Of a stretch of 16,523 nt of DNA, positions 1 to 7,505 are shown piece by piece. The translations under genes and the position numbers were made by a program. How positions within the stretch are numbered: the stretch's first letter is position 1; every line of letters starts with the position of its first letter. The notes under the pieces were generated by a model. That model did no database searches. It was not told the origin of the DNA and saw only the letters and a list, made by a program, of their open reading frames with translations. Source of the DNA: a candidate division WOR-3 bacterium (GTDB lineage Bacteria > Hydrothermota > Tepidihabitantia > Tepidihabitantales > Tepidihabitantaceae); contig CBFGJV010000034.1 of assembly GCA_965649205.1 (NCBI GenBank), forward strand, positions 1 through 16,523, in the 5' to 3' direction.

Positions 1-458
1 AAGATACCAAAGATGTTTACGGTCCACGGAACAATCATGGCCATATAGGTATCAATCCAGCCCAACTTGAATAGTATCATGTACGAAGGAACCAAATAGA
101 CGGGCAAGGGGATCATCATTAGGGCAAGAAAGAGCATGAACAGTATTTCTCTTCCCCAGAAGCGGAAACGAGCAAAAGCATAGGCAGCCAGCACTCCGGT
201 GAGAAGAACTCCTGTGAGAGTGGAAAACGTTACCAATAGCGTATTGGCAAGATAGCGCCAGAGCGGAATCTGCCTGAAGACTTCTATATAGTTACCGAAT
301 TGGGGAGTAGACGGGATCCACGTAGGAGGGAAACGAAGAGCTTCTAGCGGGGTCTTAAGTGAAGTAGAAACCATCCAGTAGAAAGGAAGCACCATAGCAA
401 TTCCACCCAAGATGAGCATCAGATGTATTGGCAATTTGCTCAGACGCAGTCGAGTCAT
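1..458 (-). CDS. Carbohydrate ABC transporter permease (MalG/UgpE-like), partial; runs off the window start
   Basis: Not in the ORF track. Manual translation from ATG at 458: MTRLRLSKLPIHLMLILGGIAMVLPFYWMVSTSLKTPLEALRFPPTWIPSTPQFGNYIEVFRQIPLWRYLANTLLVTFS...LAAYAFARFRFWGREILFMLFLALMMIP...LGWIDTYMAMIVPW. PFYWMxSTSLK, NY, N(S/T)L, AAYAFARFxFxGR and LGWxDTY are typical CUT1 permease-2 motifs. Lies downstream of a MalF-type permease. Confidence 0.93.
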   Translation of the reverse strand, partial: MTRLRLSKLPIHLMLILGGIAMVLPFYWMVSTSLKTPLEALRFPPTWIPSTPQFGNYIEVFRQIPLWRYLANTLLVTFSTLTGVLLTGVLAAYAFARFRFWGREILFMLFLALMMIPLPVYLVPSYMILFKLGWIDTYMAMIVPWTVNIFGI

Positions 459-598
459 GTTTTTTTCCAACGCGTCCCGAATCCGGTTCCTCGGAAGTTT
501 GTACCCGTGGGTAACCAGTTCAGCGGCGCGAACAAAGAAGTAAGACCGGAAAGCAGTTTGCCTGCGAGAACGGCACGCCCGGAACTTTTACTAGCCAT
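455..598 (-). CDS. Putative 47-aa small protein bridging the two permease genes
   Basis: MASKSSGRAVLAGKLLSGLTSLFAPLNWLPTGTNFRGTGFGTRWKKT. The ATG (598) lies in the last codons of the upstream permease, a GGAGAGG SD-like sequence is about 10 nt upstream, and the TGA overlaps the next ATG (ATGA). No recognisable homology. Confidence 0.35.
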   Translation of the reverse strand: MASKSSGRAVLAGKLLSGLTSLFAPLNWLPTGTNFRGTGFGTRWKKT

Positions 599-1556
599 AG
601 TGTACCCGCCTCTCCAGAACGAGACGCTGAAAGACAGTAAGCGACAGAATAATAAGGAAGGCAAAAAATGCTATTGCCGAACCATAGCCCAGCCGCCAGA
701 GTTCGAAAGAGTTCTCATAGAAATAGTACATAACCACTTTGGTTGTGGACAGTGGCCCTCCTGGGGGAGGGCCAGTCATTATCCAGACTTGGGCGAAGGT
801 TTCGAATGCGACAATGGAACTCATAATGAGAACATAGTAGGTTGTGGGTGAAATAAGGGGCCATGTGATGCTACGAAAAAGACGTATGCGACCAGCACCA
901 TCAATCTTTGCGGCCTCGTAGTAGGTTTGGGGGATGTTCTGTAATCCAGCCAAGAAGATAACTATGTTGTAACCAAGACTCTTCCAGACTCCCATCATAA
1001 TGAGGGAACACATGGCTATGGAAGGGCCGCGTAGCAGGTAGGGTAAGCGGTTGTCTTTGTCGCCCAAGATAAGTTGGAAAAGACCACGGGGGTCCTGCAG
1101 CCAGCGCAGGCCGTCGGCGCCAAACCAGGAAAGCACGTAGTTTAGAAGGCCTCTGTCCGGGTGTAGAATCCAACGCCAGACAATGGAGACGGCTACTATA
1201 GAAGTGACGACCGGCAGGTAATATATGGTGCGGTATATGCCCAATCCGCGGATTTTCTGATTCAGGAGTACCGCTACGAACAGAGCCAGGGATACCTCGA
1301 GGGGAATGGAGGACGCCATGTACCAGCCAGTATTGACTAAAGACTTCCAGAACATGGGGTCGCGTAGTACCGCTAAGTAGTTGCCTAAACCGACAAAAGC
1401 ACGCGGGCCAGCCATACCCCAGTCATAAAGGCTGACCCGCAATGACAATATGATAGGAAGGACGCGGAATACGGCCAAGATGGCGAGGGCGGGAAGGAGA
1501 TACAAGTAACCCGCCAAGGTTTCTTTGAGGAGGCGGGATTGCCTACTACCTGCCAT
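591..1556 (-). CDS. Carbohydrate ABC transporter permease (MalF/UgpA-like)
   Basis: Multiple TM segments; FVGLGNY, FWKSLVNT, RTIYYLPVV, GLLN motifs; EAA loop IFLAGLQNIPQTYYEAAKIDGA; LGYGSAIA near the C-terminus. Confidence 0.95.
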   Translation of the reverse strand: MAGSRQSRLLKETLAGYLYLLPALAILAVFRVLPIILSLRVSLYDWGMAGPRAFVGLGNYLAVLRDPMFWKSLVNTGWYMASSIPLEVSLALFVAVLLNQKIRGLGIYRTIYYLPVVTSIVAVSIVWRWILHPDRGLLNYVLSWFGADGLRWLQDPRGLFQLILGDKDNRLPYLLRGPSIAMCSLIMMGVWKSLGYNIVIFLAGLQNIPQTYYEAAKIDGAGRIRLFRSITWPLISPTTYYVLIMSSIVAFETFAQVWIMTGPPPGGPLSTTKVVMYYFYENSFELWRLGYGSAIAFFAFLIILSLTVFQRLVLERRVHYG

Positions 1557-1564
1557 TGACGCTA

Positions 1565-1593
1565 AGTATATTGGCGAGAGAATAAAACGTCAA
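1565..1593 (-). promoter_or_regulatory. Sigma70-type promoter for the ABC permease operon (probably leaderless)
   Basis: Minus strand TTGACG (1593-1588), 17-nt spacer, TATACT (1570-1565), then 8 nt to the ATG at 1556. No SD. Confidence 0.7.
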
Positions 1594-1617
1594 ACGGTGC
1601 GAAGTTCTCAAGCAATG

Positions 1618-1645
1618 TTGACCCATAAGTTCTGCGCTATATAAT
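1618..1645 (+). promoter_or_regulatory. Sigma70-type promoter upstream of gdhA
   Basis: TTGACC (1618-1623), 16-nt spacer, TATAAT (1640-1645). Confidence 0.7.
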
Positions 1646-1651
1646 ACGCAG

Positions 1652-1788
1652 TCTGCAATAGTAAAATTTGCTAAAGGGTCCCGCATATGTCCAGAAGCAA
1701 CCGCTATCTGTGATTCTAGCGGAGATATGAGCGGGACTGCATATCTGAAGATACAGCCATTATCTAACCCGACTAGGAGGATATAATG
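1652..1788 (+). promoter_or_regulatory. Structured 5' leader of gdhA (candidate cis-regulatory RNA) including SD AGGAGG at 1775-1780
   Basis: GTCCCGC 1678-1684 pairs with GCGGGAC 1731-1737; ATAT 1685-1688 with ATAT 1725-1728; CCGCTA 1701-1706 with TAGCGG 1717-1722; CATTAT 1758-1763 with ATAATG 1783-1788 (covers the start codon). Confidence 0.4.
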
Positions 1789-3123
1789 TCAGATGCAGTG
1801 AAAGCCTTCATGGAAGGCATAGTAGCAAAAAACCCGGGCGAGAAGGAGTTTCACCAGGCTGTGTACGAGGTGGTGAGTTCCTTAATGCCTTTTGTGGAGA
1901 AGAATCCTAAATATAGAAAGCACAAAATACTGGAACAGCTGGCCGAGCCAGAGCGGGTCATAATCTTCCGCGTGCCTTGGGTAGATGATAAGGGGGAAGT
2001 GCAAATTAATCGCGGTTATCGGGTACAGATGAACGGTGCTATCGGACCTTACAAGGGAGGATTGCGTTTTCATCGTAGCGTAAATCTCAGCATTCTGAAG
2101 TTTCTCGCCTATGAACAGGTTTTCAAAAACGCCTTGACCACTCTGCCTATGGGGGGCGGCAAAGGTGGGGCAGATTTTGATCCGACTGGGAAGTCTGATA
2201 ATGAGGTGATGAGATTCTGCCAGTCGTTCATGACTGAGCTACAGAAGTACATCGGGCCTGATACGGATGTCCCAGCTGGCGACATTGGAGTGGGTGCTCG
2301 GGAAATTGGTTATCTTTTTGGCCAATATCGTCGTCTGAGAGGTGAGTTTACGGGGGTACTGACGGGCAAGGGCAGAAACTGGGGTGGTAGCTTAATGCGG
2401 CCGGAAGCGACCGGATTCGGGCTGGTGTATTTTGTTGAAGAAATGCTGAGGACCCGGGGTGATAGTATTGAAGGAAAGGTGGTGGCAGTTTCAGGTTTCG
2501 GTAATGTTGCTTGGGGAGCGGTTACCAAGGCAACTCAGCTGGGGGCGAAGGTTGTTACCATTTCCGGTCCGGATGGGTATGTCTACGATCCGGATGGGAT
2601 CAAGGGAGAGAAAATAGATTACTTGCTTGAGATGCGGGCAAGCCGCCGCGACCGAGCACAGGACTATGCGGACAAGTTTGGAGCCAGGTTTTTCGCGGGA
2701 AGGCGACCTTGGGAGGTGAAGGTTGACGTTGCTTTGCCTTGCGCTACCCAGAACGAGCTGGACAAGGCGGATGCGGAGGCTTTGTTGAAGAACGGTTGTC
2801 GTTGTGTGGCTGAGGGCGCCAATATGCCTTGTACCCCGGAAGCTCAAGAGCTGTTTCGGCAGAGCCGCATCCTATATGTGCCCGGCAAGGCTTCTAATGC
2901 TGGGGGAGTAGCTGTTTCCGGACTTGAGATGTCTCAGAATTCTCTGCGGCTCTCTTGGACCGCGGAGGAAGTTGACAAGCGACTGCGTGATATTATGAAG
3001 TCTATCCATGAACAATGCGTTCATTACGGCAAACAGGGCGACTATGTGAATTATGTTGACGGCGCCAACATCGCCGGGTTTGTAAAAGTGGCTGATGCGA
3101 TGATAGAACAAGGGGTGGTCTAG
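1786..3123 (+). CDS. gdhA: NADP-specific glutamate dehydrogenase
   Basis: NPGEKEFHQAV, GPYKGGLRFH, LPMGGGKGG, DVPAGDIGVG, RPEATGFG, nucleotide-binding SGFGNVA, EGANMP, PGKASNAGGVAVSGLEM, GANIAGF. 445 aa with strong SD. Confidence 0.98.
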   Translation: MSDAVKAFMEGIVAKNPGEKEFHQAVYEVVSSLMPFVEKNPKYRKHKILEQLAEPERVIIFRVPWVDDKGEVQINRGYRVQMNGAIGPYKGGLRFHRSVNLSILKFLAYEQVFKNALTTLPMGGGKGGADFDPTGKSDNEVMRFCQSFMTELQKYIGPDTDVPAGDIGVGAREIGYLFGQYRRLRGEFTGVLTGKGRNWGGSLMRPEATGFGLVYFVEEMLRTRGDSIEGKVVAVSGFGNVAWGAVTKATQLGAKVVTISGPDGYVYDPDGIKGEKIDYLLEMRASRRDRAQDYADKFGARFFAGRRPWEVKVDVALPCATQNELDKADAEALLKNGCRCVAEGANMPCTPEAQELFRQSRILYVPGKASNAGGVAVSGLEMSQNSLRLSWTAEEVDKRLRDIMKSIHEQCVHYGKQGDYVNYVDGANIAGFVKVADAMIEQGVV

Positions 3124-3150
3124 TACCTAGGCTATATTCATCGGCCTGTT

Positions 3151-3180
3151 GCAACCGGTTCCTTTGTCGGTGCGTTCTTT
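3151..3180 (+). terminator. Possible weak intrinsic terminator between gdhA and asparaginase
   Basis: Imperfect hairpin GC(A)ACCGG/TCGGTGC (3151-3173) followed by GTTCTTT. Confidence 0.25.
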
Positions 3181-3181
3181 G

Positions 3182-4300
3182 ATGGCCTCGGCGTCTTATC
3201 CTCATTATGACCCGATGAACCGTGGTTACGGGGTGCTGGTGATTTACACCGGCGGTACCATCGGTACTATGCCCCGAGACCCTACCGATCCAAAAAGTCC
3301 GCTGGTGGTTGTCGACTGGCCTGAGTTCCGTCGTCGCACCTCCTCGCTTTCGGAGCGTTTGAGTGATGGCAGCATTAACGCACGTTACATAGGATTCAAT
3401 GTGGATGCTTGCTCTTTGGAACCAGTAGATTCTTGCAATATTGGGCCAGACTACTGGGTGCAGATTGCCCGGGTTATTGCTCAGAATTATGAACGTTATG
3501 AGGGATTCGTGGTGCTACATGGAACGGACACAATGGTATATACTGCCTCGGCGCTGAGTTTCATGTTGCGCGACCTTGCTAAGCCGGTTGTACTGACTGG
3601 AGCTCAGCTCTCCCACCTAGCTCACATCCGCAACGATGCTCTGCAGAATTTGCTTACTGCCTTGTTACTCGCCAATCCAAAGTACTCAGGTTTGCCTCTA
3701 GTACCCGAAGTAAGCATCTTCTTTCACGATAAGTTGTTGCGAGGTAATCGCAGTCGCAAAGTGAACTCTGCCGGCTTCGAGGCGTTTCAGTCGCCCAATT
3801 ATCCACCTCTGGCGGTAGCCGGCGAGAGTATAGTGGTTGATCGCAGGGTAGTGCGGCCTCCAGCTCCGGCAGGAGCTTTGCGTCTTTGTGACCATATCGA
3901 ACCCAATGTTGCCGCGGTGATATTCTTTCCCGGTATTCAGGAGGCCTCTATTCTGGAAGACATACTCTCGGATCAAAGACTGAAGGGTGTAGTTTTGCTT
4001 ACCTACGGCGCCGGAACTGTCCCTTCTGATCCTCGGGTACTTACTCCTATTGCGGAGGCAGTGCGGCGAGGAGTGACGGCTGTCGCTGTAACCCAGTGCG
4101 GCGGCGGCAGGGTGAACTTGGGTCGTTACGAAGCCAGTCTCAAGCTGCTGGAAGCTGGAGTTGTATCTGGCCATGACATGACTCCTGAGGCCGCGCTGGT
4201 GAAGCTGATGGTTTTGTTAGGTGATTCTTCCCTGAATGTAGCGCAGGTACGGGAGATGATAAGTCAGGACTTGGCCGGGGAGTTGACTGTTAGTGACTGA
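3182..4300 (+). CDS. ansA: L-asparaginase, type I (cytoplasmic)
   Basis: IYTGGTIG (catalytic Thr), VLHGTDTMVYTASALSF, KPVVLTGAQ, RGNRSRK, AFQSPNYPPLA, YGAG, VTQC, DMTPEAALVKL, GELT. The start is uncertain: the track gives TTG 3149, while ATG 3182 or 3215 is more plausible. Confidence 0.93.
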   Translation: MASASYPHYDPMNRGYGVLVIYTGGTIGTMPRDPTDPKSPLVVVDWPEFRRRTSSLSERLSDGSINARYIGFNVDACSLEPVDSCNIGPDYWVQIARVIAQNYERYEGFVVLHGTDTMVYTASALSFMLRDLAKPVVLTGAQLSHLAHIRNDALQNLLTALLLANPKYSGLPLVPEVSIFFHDKLLRGNRSRKVNSAGFEAFQSPNYPPLAVAGESIVVDRRVVRPPAPAGALRLCDHIEPNVAAVIFFPGIQEASILEDILSDQRLKGVVLLTYGAGTVPSDPRVLTPIAEAVRRGVTAVAVTQCGGGRVNLGRYEASLKLLEAGVVSGHDMTPEAALVKLMVLLGDSSLNVAQVREMISQDLAGELTVSD

Positions 4301-4411
4301 GGGGCGCTTTATGCGAGGCTCGGACACGGCGACGCGCGGGGTATGGTGACTTTTGCGCTATCGGTAGGGTTGGCTTAATGTCAGTGGGCGGCCGCTGAAG
4401 AAAGGGAGCAG

Positions 4412-5464
4412 GTGGCGGACACATCTTCTTTGCCAGGTCCTCAGCTGAAAGAAACAACAGAGGGGAGCGCCGGTCTGCACGCCAAAACTATTCGGCGAGG
4501 GGTGAAGATTTTTGTAGCGATTGCCGTTGTAGCCGCGATTGTGCTCATTGCCGTAACGGTGAATCGGGACACTCTGGTAGGACTGCAGCGTGTAAAGTGG
4601 TACTGGTTGGCGTCGACACTCCTATTCTGGTTTATAGCGACGTTGGCCGATGGGGCAAGGCTGGCTGTGTTATCTCGGGCGGGTGAACATCATATCGGTC
4701 CCTTGCGGGCGGCGGAGATAATACTTGTAGGCTATTTCATGGCTGCAGTTACTCCTTTTCAGTTTGGCGGGCTGCCTCTGCAGTTGTATAGCATGAACCG
4801 ATGGGGCATAAGTCCGGGCAAGGCTTCGGCAATGCTTCTGGCTAGGGGTATACTTTTTTACGGAATGGTGTTTTTGGCCGCACCCTTTGTGGCCTTTCGT
4901 CTAGGTGTTTCCTCAGTTCTGCTCAAGATACTTGCTACCTATATTGGCATTATTGTCGGTTTGGGAGCTATACTCATAATCTCAGGCCTGCTCTTTCCCA
5001 AGGTGCTTTCCCGTTTGGCAGAGGTTCTGGCGAAGCCGGGGCGTACAGGCAGGGCTTGGAGGTTGCTCGGTCGGTTGCTGGCAGAGGCAACTCATTTCCT
5101 AAATGGTCTCAAGTTGTTCTTCCGCGGACGCAATCTAGGTTATCTGGTCGCGGCAGCCGGACTTACAGTTGTATATTGCGTGTCTTATTTTGGTATGGGT
5201 GCTACCATACTGGCCGGGCTGAACCTATTACGGCCAGAAGATGTGTATAGAGTTGTAGGCACTAATCTGCTTCTTACGTCAGTTCTTCTGTTCGTTCCTA
5301 CGCCGGGAGCCGGCGGAGTGGCGGAGGCAGCGGCCGCGGGTTTGTATTCCATGTTATGCCCGCGGTATATGCTGGGTATTTTCGTTGTGGTCTGGCGACT
5401 TTTCTCGTTCTATGTTGGGGCAATAGTTGGAGGTGTGGTAGCCCTGAAGCATCTGGCCCGGTAG
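4412..5464 (+). CDS. UPF0104 / lysylphosphatidylglycerol synthase TM-domain (flippase-like) membrane protein
   Basis: Polytopic hydrophobic protein with VTPFQFGGxP, PTPGAGGVAE and VWRLFSFY family motifs. SD AGGGAG before the GTG start. Confidence 0.85.
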   Translation: MADTSSLPGPQLKETTEGSAGLHAKTIRRGVKIFVAIAVVAAIVLIAVTVNRDTLVGLQRVKWYWLASTLLFWFIATLADGARLAVLSRAGEHHIGPLRAAEIILVGYFMAAVTPFQFGGLPLQLYSMNRWGISPGKASAMLLARGILFYGMVFLAAPFVAFRLGVSSVLLKILATYIGIIVGLGAILIISGLLFPKVLSRLAEVLAKPGRTGRAWRLLGRLLAEATHFLNGLKLFFRGRNLGYLVAAAGLTVVYCVSYFGMGATILAGLNLLRPEDVYRVVGTNLLLTSVLLFVPTPGAGGVAEAAAAGLYSMLCPRYMLGIFVVVWRLFSFYVGAIVGGVVALKHLAR

Positions 5465-5477
5465 GCAGAATTCAGCC

Positions 5478-7505
5478 TCAGAGGCAGTTTTGGTCTGCTG
5501 GGCGAGGTTGATGATGCGTGTTGGGCGCCGTTCCGGAATGTGAAGACGGAGATTTTGCAAGAAACGCGGCCACCTCTGCCAGATTTCGGGTAAGGGGAAT
5601 GCCGGGAGGCAGGGAATTCAGGAATACACTGCCGTAGTTTCGGCTCAGCAGTCTGCGGTCCAGAACGCAAACCACCCCGCGGTCATTCTGGGAGCGAATA
5701 AGTCGTCCGAATCCTTGCCGGAATCGAAGAACGGCAATGGGTAACTGGTAAGAAGAGAAGGGTTCTCCCTTTTCGGCTTTGATTTTTTCGCATATAGCCA
5801 TAAGTCGGGGTTCGTCAGGCACGTCAAAGGGCAGACGGCAAATAATAAGGCAGGTCAGCGATTCGCCAGGTACGTCCACACCCTGCCAGAATGATTGGGT
5901 AGCTAATAGTACGGAGTGCACGTCCTGACGAAAGCGTTCCAACAAGGGACCGGGCGGCAATTCGCCCTGAACCAGAAGCGTGTAGTGATTGGGGGAAATC
6001 AGGTTGTAGACCTGACGCATCATCTCGTAGCTGGTAAAAAGTACTAGTGCCCGGCCATGGGAGGTTTTGAGAATCTTTTCTATCGTTTCTGCCGCTCGGG
6101 GGATGAACTGAACTTCGTTTGGCTCCGGCAAGTGGGCAGGAACATAAAGGAGAGTACGGGAAGCAAAATCGAAGGGAGAGTCCAGGGTTAGCGTGCGGAA
6201 GCCAGAAAGGCCCAACCTGCCAGAGATAAAGTCGAAACTCTGATTGACGGTAAGGGTAGCAGAGGTCATTATTACACTGGAGAAAGCGGGGTAAACAGAT
6301 TGGGCCAGAGAAGTTGCGACTGCGAGTGGTGCTGTCCAAAGAACCAGATGTCCGGAGTCCTGAGTTTCTATCCATTGCACTTCGTTTTCTAGGTCTTGCT
6401 GATGGAAATGCATCAAAGCAGCACCTGTCTCGGTGAGGCGGCGGGCTACGGACTTGAGTTCCGCGGATACTTCCTCATCGTCCGCTTCCTGGCTAAGGTC
6501 CGAGAGCAACTGGGCCAAATGTTCCAGTGCGGTCACGGGTGCAGCTGGCAGCATTCCGGTCAGGCGGAGTCTGGTGCTGCGGGGAGGTATCAGGGCTGCT
6601 GTTTGCTGGAAAAAGCCGGATAGTTCCCGTTGGCAGTGGTCGACGGCCAAGGCGATTCTCTGACGAGTTTGCGCGGGAAGAGAAAGATGGCGGATAAGTC
6701 CGTGGTCGGTGGCGGGATTGAGGTTGTCTAGCAACTGAGTGAGAAAACGTTGGGACACCTGTGCGCCGAAGTGCCTTATTGCTGCCTCTTCCAGCCTGTG
6801 AGCTTCGTCGATAATGACTGCATCGGCCTGGGGTAAGAGTTCAGTTTCGCTGGCGAGGTGGGCAAAGAAAAGAGCATGGTTGACAATGAGGATATTGCTG
6901 TTTTCCCAAGCAGTGCGGCTCCGGAAGTAGAAGCAGTTGGCAAAGAAGGGGCAGTGCCGGCCCCGACAAGCAGCAGAGTCGCGGCTGACGCGCAGCGAAA
7001 GTGTAGAAGAGAGACGAAAGGGATAGTTGACCAGTACGCCATCCGTGGTGGTTTCCGCCCAGTTCAAAAGCTGTTCTGCCTCGGTGGTTTCCTCTTGGGT
7101 TGCAAAGAGCTGGCGGGTTACGTGGACATGAAGTCGGGATAGGCACAGATAGTTTTCCTGGCCGTAGGCGACGCCCACAGAGGGACAAGAAGGTACCAGT
7201 TTGGACAGTAAGGGGATGTCCTGGCTAATAAGTTGGGTTTGGAGAAGGCGAGTGTATGTAGAAACAATAACCCGACGGCCTGTCTTGTTGGCCCAGAATG
7301 CCGCGGGCACTAGATATGCCAGACTTTTTCCCACTCCGGTTCCTGCTTCCACGATTAGGTTTTTTTCTTGCTCCAGTGCGTCCCACACGGCCGCGGCCAT
7401 TTGTACCTGTTGCGGTCTATGCTCGTAGCCGGGTAAAAGAATAGCCAGTTTCCCCCTTGGTTCTAATAGCGTGGGAGAAAAACTGTCAGTACTTTGTTGT
7501 TTCAT
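5478..7505 (-). CDS. ATP-dependent Fe-S DNA helicase, DinG/YoaA family
   Basis: Q motif YEHRPQQ, Walker A EAGTGVGKS, four Fe-S cysteines (NYLC...CRGRHCPFFANC), IIDEAH, SATL, SPFDF, LFTSY, FWQGVDVPG, QGFGRLIRSQNDRG. Confidence 0.95.
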   Translation of the reverse strand: MKQQSTDSFSPTLLEPRGKLAILLPGYEHRPQQVQMAAAVWDALEQEKNLIVEAGTGVGKSLAYLVPAAFWANKTGRRVIVSTYTRLLQTQLISQDIPLLSKLVPSCPSVGVAYGQENYLCLSRLHVHVTRQLFATQEETTEAEQLLNWAETTTDGVLVNYPFRLSSTLSLRVSRDSAACRGRHCPFFANCFYFRSRTAWENSNILIVNHALFFAHLASETELLPQADAVIIDEAHRLEEAAIRHFGAQVSQRFLTQLLDNLNPATDHGLIRHLSLPAQTRQRIALAVDHCQRELSGFFQQTAALIPPRSTRLRLTGMLPAAPVTALEHLAQLLSDLSQEADDEEVSAELKSVARRLTETGAALMHFHQQDLENEVQWIETQDSGHLVLWTAPLAVATSLAQSVYPAFSSVIMTSATLTVNQSFDFISGRLGLSGFRTLTLDSPFDFASRTLLYVPAHLPEPNEVQFIPRAAETIEKILKTSHGRALVLFTSYEMMRQVYNLISPNHYTLLVQGELPPGPLLERFRQDVHSVLLATQSFWQGVDVPGESLTCLIICRLPFDVPDEPRLMAICEKIKAEKGEPFSSYQLPIAVLRFRQGFGRLIRSQNDRGVVCVLDRRLLSRNYGSVFLNSLPPGIPLTRNLAEVAAFLAKSPSSHSGTAPNTHHQPRPADQNCL

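Noticed and set aside
599..664. N-terminal extension giving the 69-aa version of ORF 455..664
   Set aside because: The alternative start is buried 70 nt inside permease 1. The ATG at 598 has a better SD and overlap context.
423..851. 142-aa plus-strand ORF
   Set aside because: Antisense to the well-supported permeases, with no recognisable motifs.
3149..3181. TTG start for asparaginase given in the ORF track
   Set aside because: No SD, it overlaps a hairpin, and it lengthens a non-conserved N-terminus. Downstream ATGs are preferred.
5465..5560. Convergent flippase/helicase junction with only a 13-nt gap and a low-complexity helicase tail
   Set aside because: Ordinary in compact genomes. 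No convincing terminator or hidden element.
5824..6375. 183-aa same-strand alternative-frame ORF inside the helicase
   Set aside because: Out-of-frame shadow ORF rich in Pro/Ser/Arg with no domain. The helicase frame is intact, so no frameshift is needed.
5478..7505. DinG as a type IV CRISPR or defence-system helicase
   Set aside because: It has Fe-S cysteines and housekeeping context, with no cas/csf or other defence genes in the window.
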